Of a stretch of DNA of 64,000 nt, positions 37,398-49,000 are shown one piece after another; position 1 is the first letter of the stretch; each line of letters starts with the position of its first letter. This DNA is from Lingula anatina (Eukaryota; Animalia; Brachiopoda), in contig CM120642.1 of assembly GCA_051362555.1 (NCBI GenBank), positions 682,001 through 746,000 on the forward strand. The letters run 5' to 3'. A model generated the notes under the pieces. That model had not been told where the DNA came from, did no database searches, and worked only from the letters and a program-made list of their open reading frames with translations. The position numbers and the translations under genes are program-made.

Positions 37398-40300
37398 ATG
37401 GACACGCAACAAAAAATAGATGACATAGAAACGGCCAGCTTATTTAGCAGTTTGAGCACGAGCTCAACTGAAGCTCGCTTGAAAGCGAAGGCAAAACGGA
37501 TGGCCATTGAGGCAGAATTGGCATCTTTTGAAGTAAAGAAACATTTGGACGAACAGGAATTGAAATTGAAACAACAAAAGGAGAAACTCAAGTTGGACAC
37601 TGAAAGAGCAAAATTGTTAGCAGAGGAAACTGCGTATGCTGAAGCTGAGATGGAGACCAGTGCCCCAATTTCATCTACGAAACTGGACATTCAGGTAAAT
37701 TCCACCAACTTGACTCAAAACCAGAGTAGTCATGATGTGATTCATCATTTAGTGAACTCTATACAAATTCCTAAAGTTGAAATAGACAAATTTGACGGAG
37801 ATCCTCTTCAGTATTGGAATTTTATCAAAACTTTTGAAAATAGTGTGGAGAAAGAAACTGTGGACAGCGGCGCAAGATTAATTCGTTTGCTTCATTATAC
37901 CAGTGGAAAAGCTCATGGTGTAATTCAGTGTTGTGCTGTAATGAACCCTGAAGATGGATATAAAAAGGCTAAAGCATTGCTTAAGGAAAGATTTGGTTCA
38001 GCCTACACTATTACGGAGACATGGGTTAAGAAAATCACGACAGGCCCAGCCATAAAGGCAAATGATGTTACAAAATTGAGGGATTATGCCGACGAGTTAA
38101 GAACATGTGCTGAAACGCTCGAAGCAATGGGAAATTCCTCAGAGTTGAGCACACAAAGCTCACTGGTCAAAATCATTGAACGTCTCCCTGGTTATTTGCA
38201 GCACAAATGGAAACAAGAAGTACGTAAGATAAGAAAGGAAGAAAGGTGCCCAGATTTTAAAGATGTCACTGCATTTGTTGTTGAAAATGCAGAAATAGCA
38301 AATGATCCAGTGTATGGTGGCCTAGCACATGTGAAAAGGAGTGACAGTCGCAGTGATTCACAGAGGCGACCCAACAACCGATGGAGTTACAGTATTACAG
38401 CTACCAGTTCACAGCCTAAGGGTGACACCAGTTCACAGCCTTATGGTGACACAAGAAAATCTATTCAGTCACCATGCATTAAGTGTGGCAGCAGTCATTC
38501 ATTATTTGGGTGTACAGAATTCAAAGCCATGAAATTGCCTGAGAGACTCAAATTTGCCAATGACAACAAACTGTGTTACAACTGTTTAAAGCCAGGACAT
38601 TTCTCTGAGATGTGTAGATTACAACGTACGTGCTCAGTGCAAGGGTGCAATCAAAAACACACTAAATTCTTGCACCAGGTGAAGCCAACTGTTACAAGGG
38701 AACCAGTTCATGAAGATTTATCTCACATTCAGACAGGGCTTAACACTTCTCTCAGTGCTGTAAATGAAGTTTCGTATGGAGCTCATGGGACCAGAAAGGA
38801 AAGTGGTATGCGAATCGCCTTGCCAATAGTACCAGTGAAAGTGAAAGTTCCAGATAAATCACAGTTTGTGCACACCTATGCGTTGCTAGACTCAGGATCC
38901 ACCAGTACATTTTGCTCAGAAGAGTTGATGCAGTCTATTGGTGCACAGGGTGAAAATACAGTGTTAAAGCTTACAACCTTAGAAAAGGAACAAAGTGTCT
39001 CAGAGACTGTAGTGATCAGTTTACAGATTTCTGATTTAGAAGACAAAAATGTGATTGATTTGCCAGTTGTGTATACAAGACCATCATTACCTGTAAACAT
39101 GGAAAACATGGGTCATGCAGAGGACATCAGAAAGTGGAGTCACTTACAAGATGTGAATTTTCCTGAAATAGATCACATGAATGCCAAGGTGAGCATAATA
39201 ATTGGACAAGACAATCCAGAGGTGCTTATGCCTATTGATGTGAAGAGAGGTCAAAGTCCAAATGAGCCATATGCGACAAAAACTGTGTTGGGCTGGACAT
39301 TAAATGGACCGCTTGGTGGCAAGCGTAGACATGTTGCCACGGCAACATTTATTCAGGCAGATCGTGAGCTGAATGAGCAATTGGAACAGTTTTGGAAAAT
39401 AGAAGGCCATGGAACATTGATATCTGATAAAAAGGGTTTATCAGTTGAAGACAAGCGGGTCCTCGCTTTATGGGAAGATAAGATTCAACATGACGAGCAT
39501 TACAGTTTGCCGATACCATTTAAAGACAGGCAGCCTCATTTTCCGCCAAACAAGCAGATGGCAGAGCAACGCCTAGACAGCTTAAAGCGAAAATTGTCAC
39601 ATGATCCTAACTTACATCAAGCGTACACAGAATTCATGGAGGACTTAATTGACAAAGGTTATGCAGAACAAGTCAGCCCTGATGAAGTTGACAAAGAAGA
39701 CGGCAGTGTATGGTACCTACCCCACCATAATGTTGTGAACCTCAAAAAACCAGACAAAGTAAGGGTAGTATTTGACTGTAAAGCTAGCCATCAGGGTGTC
39801 TCATTGAATAGTCAAGTTCTACAGGGGCCAGACATTGTGAATTCTTTATTAGGTGTATTGTTACGCTTTAGACAGCACCCTATAGCCATCATGTCTGACA
39901 TAGAAGCCATGTATCATCAAGTGAAGGTACCAGAAGTGCAGAGAGATTCTCTTCGTTTTCTATGGTGGCCTAAAGGGGATCTGGAAAGAGAACAGAAAGT
40001 TTATCGAATGACAGTACATTTGTTCGGTGGCAAATGGAGTCCCAGTTGCTGTAATTTTGCATTGCAACGCACAGCAGAAGACAACATAGGTCATTACGAC
40101 ACAGAAGTAGTCAATACTGTTTTACAGAATTTCTATGTAGATGACTGTTTAAAGTCAGTAATGAGTGAAGCAGAGGCAATCACCATGGTCAGTCAATTAC
40201 AGAGTCTGCTGCAAACAGGAGGTTTCCACCTGACGAAGTGGATTAGCAACAGCAGAGAAGTGTTATCCAAGATACCAGACAAAGACAAAGCCAAGCCTAT

Positions 40301-42731
40301 TAAGAATCTTGATTTGAATTTACAGGCCTTGCCGACAGAACGTGCTCTTGGTGTTTGTTGGGACATTGAAGTGGACAGCTTCACATATAAAATGGATCTT
40401 GAGAAGAAACCATTGACCAAGAGAGGCCTTTTAAGTGTCATCAGTTCTATTTATGACCCCCTGGGCTTTATTTCTCCCTTCACTATCAGAGCGAAGAAGA
40501 TGTTACAAGATTTAACACGTGATAAGATAGGTTGGGATGAAGCTGTGCCTTATAACACCCAGGTAGAGTGGTCAGGTTGGAAGAACAGCTTGCCCAAGAT
40601 GAAAGAAATGAAAATACCAAGATGTGTACAGCCAGTTCAGCCTGAGAAGATTGCCAGCATTCAGTTACACCATTTTTCTGATGCGTCTACCATGGCATAT
40701 GGTGTTGTAAGTTACCTCCGTGTACAAGACATCTCAGGTCAGATACATACTTCATTGTTGATGTCAAAGGCTCGGTTGGCACCGATCAAGCAGCTTACAA
40801 TTCCGCGCCTTGAGCTTACAGCAGCTACTATGGCAGTTAGATTAGATTACATGATACGACAGGAACTCACTTTTCCTGTGGACAGTTCAATATTTTGGAC
40901 AGACAGCACGTGTACTTTGAGTTACATTCGAAGTGAAGATAAACGATTTCAAACATACGTTGAAAACAGAGTCTCTGTCATCAGAGAAGGTTCAATTCCG
41001 TCACAGTGGCACTACATCGATTCAAAGAGGAACCCAGCTGACGATTGCACAAGGGGACTCACTGCCCATGAAATGGTTAACAGTATCAGATGGATTGAAG
41101 GACCAGAATTTCTTAAGCAGAGTGAGTGCCACTGGCCAGAAACTCCAGATGTTAAGGGAGTGTCAGATGAAGATAAAGAGTTAAAGAGACCCAAGACATG
41201 TCTAGCACAAAGAAGTGAGTCAGTACAAGAATCAGTGATAGATAAGATTCTAAAACGCCGATCTTCATGGAAAAAGCTGAAGAAAGATGTTGCTGTGATA
41301 CTACGCTTCAAACAGTGGTTAATAGCAAGACATAGAAAAGAAAAGGTGAATGTACCCACAGGTCCACTTTCAGTGGAAGAAACAGAAAAGGCAGAGTTAG
41401 AAATCTTGAAGTATATCCAAGGGCAACACTTTGGGAAAGAGCTCTCAGAAATTAATCGAGCTGCGAACAGTCAGAGTGGTGTTAAACGTGCAAGTAAGTT
41501 GTTTAGGCTTGCACCAGTGATGCATTCTTCAGGTGTGTTAGTAGTTGGTGGTAGATTGAACAATTCAGCTATTTCAGAAGGGATAAAAAATCCAGTGATT
41601 TTACCACAGCACCATGTTGTAGATTTGATTATTGAAGAGCAACACAAAGCCTTAGGACATAGTGGACGGGAATATGTGCTTTCTGAATTGAGACAGAAGT
41701 ATTGGATTATAGGAGCAAGGAAATCCATTCGCAGAGTGATCAGCAAGTGTGTCAAATGTAAGCGAAACAATGCGTTACCATGTCAGCAAAGAATGGCTGA
41801 TTTGCCAACAGCTAGAGTTACACCCAATGAACCATGTTTTACTTATGTGGGTGTGGACTATTTTGGTCCATTTTTGATTAAACGTGGAAGGTCAGAGGTT
41901 AAGAGGTATGGGTGTTTATTTTCATGTTTAGCATCAAGAGCAGTGCATATTGAAATAGCGCAATCACTAGATACTTCATCATTTATTAATGCCCTGCAGC
42001 GTTTCATCAGTAGACGTGGAAAACCCAAGAAAATATTTTCAGACAATGGAACTAACTTTGTTGGTGCAGAGCGTGAATTGAAGGCAGCTGTCACAGAATG
42101 GAATCAGAGTAAGATAAATGAATATTTACACCAGAACCACATAGATTGGCATTTTAACCCACCTAGTGCTTCACATATGGGTGGTGTATGGGAAAGATCC
42201 ATCAGAACTGTTAGAAAGGTATTAAGAGGTGTTGTGACAGAACAGGTTTTAGATGATGAGAATCTTGTCACTTTAATGTGCATTGTGGAAGCAATTGTGA
42301 ATGGGCGTCCGTTGACACCGGTGTCCAGTGATCCCAATGATTTGGAAGCGTTGACCCCAAACCACTTGTTATTGTTACGTTCTGGGTCTGTGCTCCCACC
42401 AGGTGATTTTGACAAGACAGACACATATAGCAAACGCAGATGGAGGCAGGTTCAGTATTTGGCAAACATTTTCTGGTGCAGGTGGATAAAAGAATACTTA
42501 CCTACCTTGCAAAGTCGTCAAAAGTGGTTGGAGCCAAAGCGAAATTTGAATATTGGTGATATTGTGTTAGTGATTGATGAAGATGTTCCTAGAAATGTGT
42601 GGCCAATTGCTAGAGTGATAAATACTTACCCAGGAAAGGATGGACTTGTTCGCACAGTTCAGATTAAGACTAGGAATTCTATATTGATGCGACCAATACA
42701 TAAACTGTGCTTGTTAGAGGAAACGCAATAA
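37398..42731 (+). CDS. BEL/Pao gag-pol polyprotein, intact (1777 aa)
   Basis: Gag (KFDGDPLQY), three Cys/His knuckles, protease LLDSGS, RT YVDD, Pao RNase H (HFSDAS), integrase (VDYFGP, SDNGTNF, GGVWER). Confidence 0.97.
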   Translation: MDTQQKIDDIETASLFSSLSTSSTEARLKAKAKRMAIEAELASFEVKKHLDEQELKLKQQKEKLKLDTERAKLLAEETAYAEAEMETSAPISSTKLDIQVNSTNLTQNQSSHDVIHHLVNSIQIPKVEIDKFDGDPLQYWNFIKTFENSVEKETVDSGARLIRLLHYTSGKAHGVIQCCAVMNPEDGYKKAKALLKERFGSAYTITETWVKKITTGPAIKANDVTKLRDYADELRTCAETLEAMGNSSELSTQSSLVKIIERLPGYLQHKWKQEVRKIRKEERCPDFKDVTAFVVENAEIANDPVYGGLAHVKRSDSRSDSQRRPNNRWSYSITATSSQPKGDTSSQPYGDTRKSIQSPCIKCGSSHSLFGCTEFKAMKLPERLKFANDNKLCYNCLKPGHFSEMCRLQRTCSVQGCNQKHTKFLHQVKPTVTREPVHEDLSHIQTGLNTSLSAVNEVSYGAHGTRKESGMRIALPIVPVKVKVPDKSQFVHTYALLDSGSTSTFCSEELMQSIGAQGENTVLKLTTLEKEQSVSETVVISLQISDLEDKNVIDLPVVYTRPSLPVNMENMGHAEDIRKWSHLQDVNFPEIDHMNAKVSIIIGQDNPEVLMPIDVKRGQSPNEPYATKTVLGWTLNGPLGGKRRHVATATFIQADRELNEQLEQFWKIEGHGTLISDKKGLSVEDKRVLALWEDKIQHDEHYSLPIPFKDRQPHFPPNKQMAEQRLDSLKRKLSHDPNLHQAYTEFMEDLIDKGYAEQVSPDEVDKEDGSVWYLPHHNVVNLKKPDKVRVVFDCKASHQGVSLNSQVLQGPDIVNSLLGVLLRFRQHPIAIMSDIEAMYHQVKVPEVQRDSLRFLWWPKGDLEREQKVYRMTVHLFGGKWSPSCCNFALQRTAEDNIGHYDTEVVNTVLQNFYVDDCLKSVMSEAEAITMVSQLQSLLQTGGFHLTKWISNSREVLSKIPDKDKAKPIKNLDLNLQALPTERALGVCWDIEVDSFTYKMDLEKKPLTKRGLLSVISSIYDPLGFISPFTIRAKKMLQDLTRDKIGWDEAVPYNTQVEWSGWKNSLPKMKEMKIPRCVQPVQPEKIASIQLHHFSDASTMAYGVVSYLRVQDISGQIHTSLLMSKARLAPIKQLTIPRLELTAATMAVRLDYMIRQELTFPVDSSIFWTDSTCTLSYIRSEDKRFQTYVENRVSVIREGSIPSQWHYIDSKRNPADDCTRGLTAHEMVNSIRWIEGPEFLKQSECHWPETPDVKGVSDEDKELKRPKTCLAQRSESVQESVIDKILKRRSSWKKLKKDVAVILRFKQWLIARHRKEKVNVPTGPLSVEETEKAELEILKYIQGQHFGKELSEINRAANSQSGVKRASKLFRLAPVMHSSGVLVVGGRLNNSAISEGIKNPVILPQHHVVDLIIEEQHKALGHSGREYVLSELRQKYWIIGARKSIRRVISKCVKCKRNNALPCQQRMADLPTARVTPNEPCFTYVGVDYFGPFLIKRGRSEVKRYGCLFSCLASRAVHIEIAQSLDTSSFINALQRFISRRGKPKKIFSDNGTNFVGAERELKAAVTEWNQSKINEYLHQNHIDWHFNPPSASHMGGVWERSIRTVRKVLRGVVTEQVLDDENLVTLMCIVEAIVNGRPLTPVSSDPNDLEALTPNHLLLLRSGSVLPPGDFDKTDTYSKRRWRQVQYLANIFWCRWIKEYLPTLQSRQKWLEPKRNLNIGDIVLVIDEDVPRNVWPIARVINTYPGKDGLVRTVQIKTRNSILMRPIHKLCLLEETQ

Positions 42732-45114
42732 ATGAACAATCATTATAGTGTAAAACTGTAATTTTAAGGGGAATCCCCGTCGAGGAGCCATCAGTTGACT
42801 TGAGTGAACTTTTTATGTTTAGACTGGCACATTGTATAAACTCTGGACTGGATTAATTTCAGTGTTATGGAATGTTAAATGTATAGAATCTTTAAAATTA
42901 AGACTGTTTTCACATTTTGTTTAAAAGGAAAGGGTTTGTTGTCATGTGGATGGCAGGTTGACATGTGTGAGAGAGATGGATATGCTTACAATGTTGGGTT
43001 ATGTTATGTACGGTTGCTCTTAAATTTTGATGCATAATGTTTATATACATACGGTAATGGTTATTGAGTTTAAAAATTGTTTATTTAAGAACGTAAAGTT
43101 AAGTTGACACAATTGTTTTGATATATATGCATGTATGTAGTATGGTAATGGATGTTAAGTTTTGGATTTATGTCAGAGTTTTGATATTTAATGATAGTTT
43201 AAGTAAATTGTGGGATTCACAATTTAAGGGAGCCATGTAACTGACAAGTAGCTATTTTTAGACATAGTAGTGTCTTGAACATAATTGTATAATCGGTGTT
43301 GATTGTATTTAGTTTTTGCCGGCACGTGTTTTAGACAAGTCAGATTCTCGCAACGAGTTTCACGTTGATTCAGATGAAAGTTGTTACCAGTTGTTTCCAG
43401 TTGAAAGTTGATGAAAGTTGATGTAAGTTGACATAAGTTGATGTTAGACAATAAACAGTACCATTTGTTACCAGTTGATGTTATATATCGTTGACAATTG
43501 AATAAAATTGGACTGACACCCGCAACATGGGGTCTCTAGAGTCTGAATTGAGGAAACATTAAAAGCTTACAAGATATACATATGGCTGTGGGGGTTTTCA
43601 AACACATGGAAAGAACCTCTAACAATTCATTTGGGCAGGAAAATCCTGAGGAATGGGCCTTTAATGGATTACTTTTCAATGTTTCAATAACAGCACATTA
43701 TGCAAAACTGCAGATAAAACGTAAAAAAACACATTTTGTTTAGACAGTACTCACACAAAATCAATAAATAAAATAATTAAACTAGACTAAACAGCAAAGC
43801 TGGCCAAAAAACAGACACCATACAGGAAACAAAGCAGTAAAGCTGTCAAACATGTATATATAAAAGCCAAGCTTTAGTAATGTTAGTAAAGTCTTTAAAA
43901 AGTCACATAATGCATGTAGAAATTTTTTATGAAAAAAATCATTTGAAAGTACAAATCCCTTCAGTTTTCTAAGTGGATTTAAAATACATTAGGCTTTGAA
44001 CAATTAAGCAAAATATTTAACAAGATGTAGAAGTGTTGACATTAAATCACAAGAACCAAATCTTTGGAAAGAGATCCAGGTGACAGTAATAATACTAAGG
44101 TGACAGTGTGACAAGCACATGTATTTGTCTTCTCAGCTATTGATGCCCAGGAAGCACCAGCCCCACTCACTTCCCCTGCCAAAATCTGTGTCATTTAACG
44201 TTAACTTATGTTTCTCAATCTATTCTAGAACATTTGGTGTCATTTTTGTAGTTCTAATATTGTTCTGTAATCAATGTAACAGTTCGAGAACTGCTTTTGG
44301 GAAGTCCTTCAGAATTTCCCAGAACAGATTAAGAACATTTTTCATTAAAAGAGAAAAACATCATGTTGTAGGACAGATTGAGAACAGTAAGTGTTTTCTT
44401 GGACCTGTCTCTCCAAAATACACAGTGATGACTCAATCTTTTCAAAGGACAAAAATGATCAAACTTTCTGTTACAAAATTTTATAATCACAAAATTACAT
44501 TTCTATAAAGCATTTTTGTGGTACTTATACTGCATGCATAGAAAAGAATTATAAGACACCCTGTTGTTTCTACTCAATATAGGAATGTTCTAATATTAAG
44601 AAATTATGACATAAAAATACAGTATCGGTAAAATTCACAATTTTCCCCCATTGAGAAGATGTTGTTATTACCATACTCTGTCACAGCTCCCACAGCTGAT
44701 CTTCTCCACTATTTTACATTCCTTGCTGTCCTCTATCTTGTCTTTTGGGTGTACTAGAAAATTTATGACTTTTGCAAGTGGTTCAAAGGACACTCCTCTG
44801 TTTTTCTTCCTCACTGCATTTATTATTTTCTCTATGTTTCTATCACAATTTGGATTATGATTTGCCCTTTAAATTTTGTCAGAGTGAACAGAGAAGCAGT
44901 CAACGGGTAAAGCAAGTAAATACATGTATGTAGATCTATGATAAATGAAAACTTTTAACTGATTGTTTCTTCAAGCCAAGTCCAATTAGGAGTTACTGCC
45001 ACACAGTTTTAACTATGTGTTTGCAATATATATGTCTATCCATGTCCAGTTGTGCTGTGTTATTGTTATGCAGCTCCCGAGGCCAAAGTGGAGCATTGAA
45101 ATCAATTCTGCTTC

Positions 45115-47503
45115 TTATTTTTCTGGCACCACCTGGCCAATCCAATCTAGGTATGGTGGATTTCCATTTTCAATCTGAAAAAAAATGTCCAAGAGTAAAA
45201 TAACCTGGGGCAAGTTGTATACATATAAATCTGTCTGAATAAATTATGATCTTATTTACGTAGTCCACTCCTCTTGTTGGTATGGAGAATCAAGCAGTGA
45301 TGCCATTTCTCCCAAACTGGAGACATTTCTTTCTGCTTACTAGTGTGTTACAATGTACATCTTACACTTACTGGACTGAACACCTGTTTAAAAAGGATTG
45401 TATTTTTCCAGGTAAATACTATGTCATAGTTAGGATTATTAGTTCAGAGGACCTGGGGGGAGAGGGGGGGAGAGCATAGTCTTTGTATCAAATCTGAAAT
45501 CTATTTTTCAATTTTGGTACCGAATTTATTAATTTTTTATAATTGTTTAAAAACAAAAGCTTTGAAGCCAAACTAAAACATCTTTACTACAGTTCCATTC
45601 AGCAGTTATTAAAAAATTGATTAAATCTTTAAAATATTTGACAGCATCTGATATTTCTTCTCTTAGAGCCCATTCCCAATGAAACTATTGTTCTATGAAG
45701 ATCAATCCAATTCCATGGGGACTCTTGCTGAATGCAATCAGAATGAAGATTAAGACACCTCCTTCTGGTGTTGAGTACAATACAGAAAACCTGGGCTCTG
45801 TATCTCGAAAGGTTCGCTATGTTGCGCACGTGCGCAAGTGTCTCGATTCCATAACCGATTCTATTTCGAGATACGGGGCCATGGAATCGAGACACTTGCG
45901 CACGTGCGCAACATAGTGAACCTTTCGAGATACGGAGCCCTGGTGATTAAACTAGTACATCAGAAACAAGAGAAGGCTTTCCATTCAGTTCATCTGACAT
46001 TGCATTCAGCAAGAGTCCCACAGAGTTGGATCAATCTACTAAGAACAATAGTGCCATTGGGAATGGGCCCTTAGTTAAGGTATACAGTCTCAGATATTTT
46101 ACAGTACAAGCTTTCTGTGTGTGTGTGTGTGTGCGTGCATGCGTTTGTTCACATTCTTGTGTACCCCAGCTATGCTGCAGATTGAATAAACTTACAGGGG
46201 TTGAAATGACCTCTGCTACATCATACGGATGGTTCTTCTTCACATACTCTGACAGTTCATCCACTAAAGAAGTCCTGGTTTTGATCATCTGAAATAGAAA
46301 CAATTGCTTAAACTATTTTTTGGACATAAAAATATTACAACAGCAATTTTTTCTTTGCTATATATTTCCAGGATTTAGCTGAAAATTTACTCTCTTAATA
46401 ATGACATAACACTGTAGTAAACTCCTTTTCCTAAAACATAATCTGTGAAGCACAGAATAAAAAAAAAAAAAAACACAGACAGTGATACCACCCCTAAAAC
46501 AAACTCATTCTCTACATGTCACATCCATCAGAGGTACAAATCTAAGCACTCGAGTGTTAATATCATTCTAGAATGTTCGTACCATCAAGACTTCATCTTC
46601 TTCATCTATCTTGTTTTCCCACTCAAAGCTGGAATGATTTTGAAAATGAAGCATAAAGACAAGATTCAGTGCAACTGACTTCTTGAAAAAGAATATAAAT
46701 GAGAGCAATTTTTCACGAAGTCTGCAACAAATTACATTATAATTGCTTGAACTATTTTTAATGCCTTAGAGGATGAAGCAAAATAGTGAATCAACAAAGA
46801 AAAAAAATGACAGACCTTGATACAAATACCACATTTACTTTTATTGTTTCTGAAATATGTCTAAATAAATTATATAAATCTACTGTCATAACTATCTGCT
46901 GTAATTAATAGGCCACTCAGGCACCCTATATTTGTGATTCCCTACCAAGGCTCTACTCTATATACAATATGTACATGTTTCATTTTTTTCAGTTCCCAGC
47001 TACAGGAATTGTTAGAATCTTCAGAGATAGCTCAAATTCTCAAGACTTCGCAAGAAATCAAGCAAGACCTAGGAAGATTTGGAGGCAAGTTATCTAGTCT
47101 CTTATGAAGTCACACAGTGCTGACAGAGTGGTTTTAGGCTACTTAAGATGAATTTGGCCCAAGAAATGGTGCAGGCATGCTGGTAACAGAACATACTAAC
47201 ATAAAGACTTACACGGAAATGACTCTGGGAACAATATTGACACAGGCTGCCAGTTTGGAAGTCACCATTCCTCTGAAACAAACAAGAAGTACATGATCAG
47301 AGAGCCAATTTATGTTGGTTTACAGATAGCTAGCTAAAAGATGAAAAAGACCCCAAGGTAACAAACCTAGGAATACCTTAATTACGTAAGCAATCATAAA
47401 TAATATTTTACCTGGCCAGAGTTTTGGCAACATCTTCACTTGGCGCTGTGACATAAGCAATAGAGTGTTGCCCCTTAACATAATTGCTGCTTGCAGTAGT
47501 CAT
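45115..47503 (-). CDS. CUTA: CutA homolog; exons 47503-47412 (exon extends to acceptor 47575), 47272-47213, 46628-46583, 46288-46196, 45174-45115
   Basis: Spliced translation MTTASSNYVKGQHSIAYVTAPSEDVAKTLARGMVTSKLAACVNIVPRVISVFEWENKIDEEDEVLMMIKTRTSLVDELSEYVKKNHPYDVAEVISTPIENGNPPYLDWIGQVVPEK; all GT-AG. An in-frame hydrophobic stretch upstream suggests a longer N-terminus from an unlocated exon. Confidence 0.93.
45666..46070. mobile_element. PIF/Harbinger-like MITE (TTA TSD) containing a second palindromic MITE 45794-45939 (CTG TSD)
   Basis: Outer TIR GAGCCCATTCCCAATG...CATTGGGAATGGGCCC; inner TIR GGCTCTGTATCTCGAAAGGTTC...GAACCTTTCGAGATACGGAGCC. Confidence 0.8.
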
Positions 47504-47694
47504 GGTGCTAAGAACTCTTCTCGTTACAGACAGAAACACAGGCACACATAGACAAGCACCACCTACAAGTAGTACCTGAAATGTTTAATAAGTAGATACT
47601 GTAGATCCTGCATCTTTGTGAATTTTTGGATGAGAGCATGTCCGTTTCTTAAAGTTCTGAGATTAAGTTAAGTAAATTATATATCGGCCTTTAC

Positions 47695-47852
47695 CGGCAC
47701 ATAGCAATAGTCCAAAGGTTCAACAGTCCAAAGGTTCATTGGCTCGAATGTTCACTACAGAACTTTGGACCAATGAACCCTTGATAAAAAAACTGGCGAA
47801 AATTTTACTATTTTTTCGGACCAATGAACCTTCGGACTATTGAGACACCCCC
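47695..47852. mobile_element. MITE-like repeat, same family as 10591-10749
   Basis: Direct similarity to 10591-10749. Confidence 0.6.
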
Positions 47853-49000
47853 TACACCCACATATACTAAATATTAAATCCCCAATCAATTTTTTTTAAT
47901 CTAAAATTTTACACACATCTGTCCGTCGAGTTTTTTAAGGCTTGTTGTTTCACAATATAATTTACTTCTGTCTCATGTAGAGAAATGTAAAACTTTAAAA
48001 TCATTTATTATTCACTAAATGACATTTCCACGTGTTTTATGCATAATTTAGCAGACGAACTTTACGTTTACGGCTTTGACATTTAACAGTAGTAGTAAAA
48101 GGAAATCGGGTTAAACAATTGTCTTTAGTAAGTAAGTAGTCTTGCACATGGAAATATTGGTTAAAAGCATCTTCATTTAAAATTACGTCATCATTTAATT
48201 TTCATCCACACAGGCGGATGCATACGTTACAGTGAAACTATGAAACTGTGAGGCTTTAACAAAGTTGACAAGGTCAACTGATAAGCCCATTCTTCGGTAC
48301 TAGACGTGATGGTTAAACGCTCAGTTTAAATGCTCTGTTAACTTAAACCCAAGCCTTATATTACCATGAACAACGAAACACTCGACTTGTTTGGCAGTGG
48401 CATAAACCGAAAGTACAAACAAGCAAGCCTCGGTATGGATTAGTTAGTTTATTTCCTGTTTTGTGTCAGTAATTTTGATTGGGGTGTGCAGAAACAATTC
48501 AACGAATCAACATCAGGTTAACATAATTTCATTAAAAATGGCAGCGCTGAAACAAGTGGCGGCTGCAACTGAGTAGAATTATTCGGAAGTCCTCCTCTAC
48601 AGCTCATGATCTTTTAGGAAGTTTTTTACTGTATCTTGCTGTATAATTCTGTTCGCCCATCCACTAGCGTCGTTCGTGAGTTGGTGGCAATCGTCTTTGG
48701 AAGTTTACTGCAGACAGAACGGTGAATGTCATTGAAATAAAATGTGCCGTAATTTGCAGATTTGCATTAGTTTGCGACATTACATGCTAACGGCTGTAAC
48801 CGAGTCGCTACCTTCAGTTGACAAAAGACGTCGTAAACAGTGAATGTTAGGGGGAAATAAAACGTAACAAATGTAAAAAAAAATATCCCACGTCTATTTG
48901 GTTAGAAATTGCCCTAGGTACATTGCACATGCAGTAGTAGATGTAAATGTGTATGTTTCTACTAAACTTACATGTAGCAACATTTGTTTATAAATTACAG

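Larger units (their letters stand above)
34019..43527 (+). mobile_element. BEL/Pao LTR retrotransposon, full length; 5' LTR split by a 3-kb insertion
   Basis: 3' LTR 43236-43527 (292 bp, TG...CA); 5' LTR = 34019-34129 + 37182-37362; 5-bp TSD TGGGG. The empty site is preserved in the duplicate at ~7510-7530. Confidence 0.97.

Noticed and set aside
48947-49000. ORF-track N-terminus of the HDHD3-like protein (MCMFLL...)
   Set aside because: Looks intronic (CTAAAC branch-like site, ttacag acceptor); the family-like sequence starts at ATG 49001.
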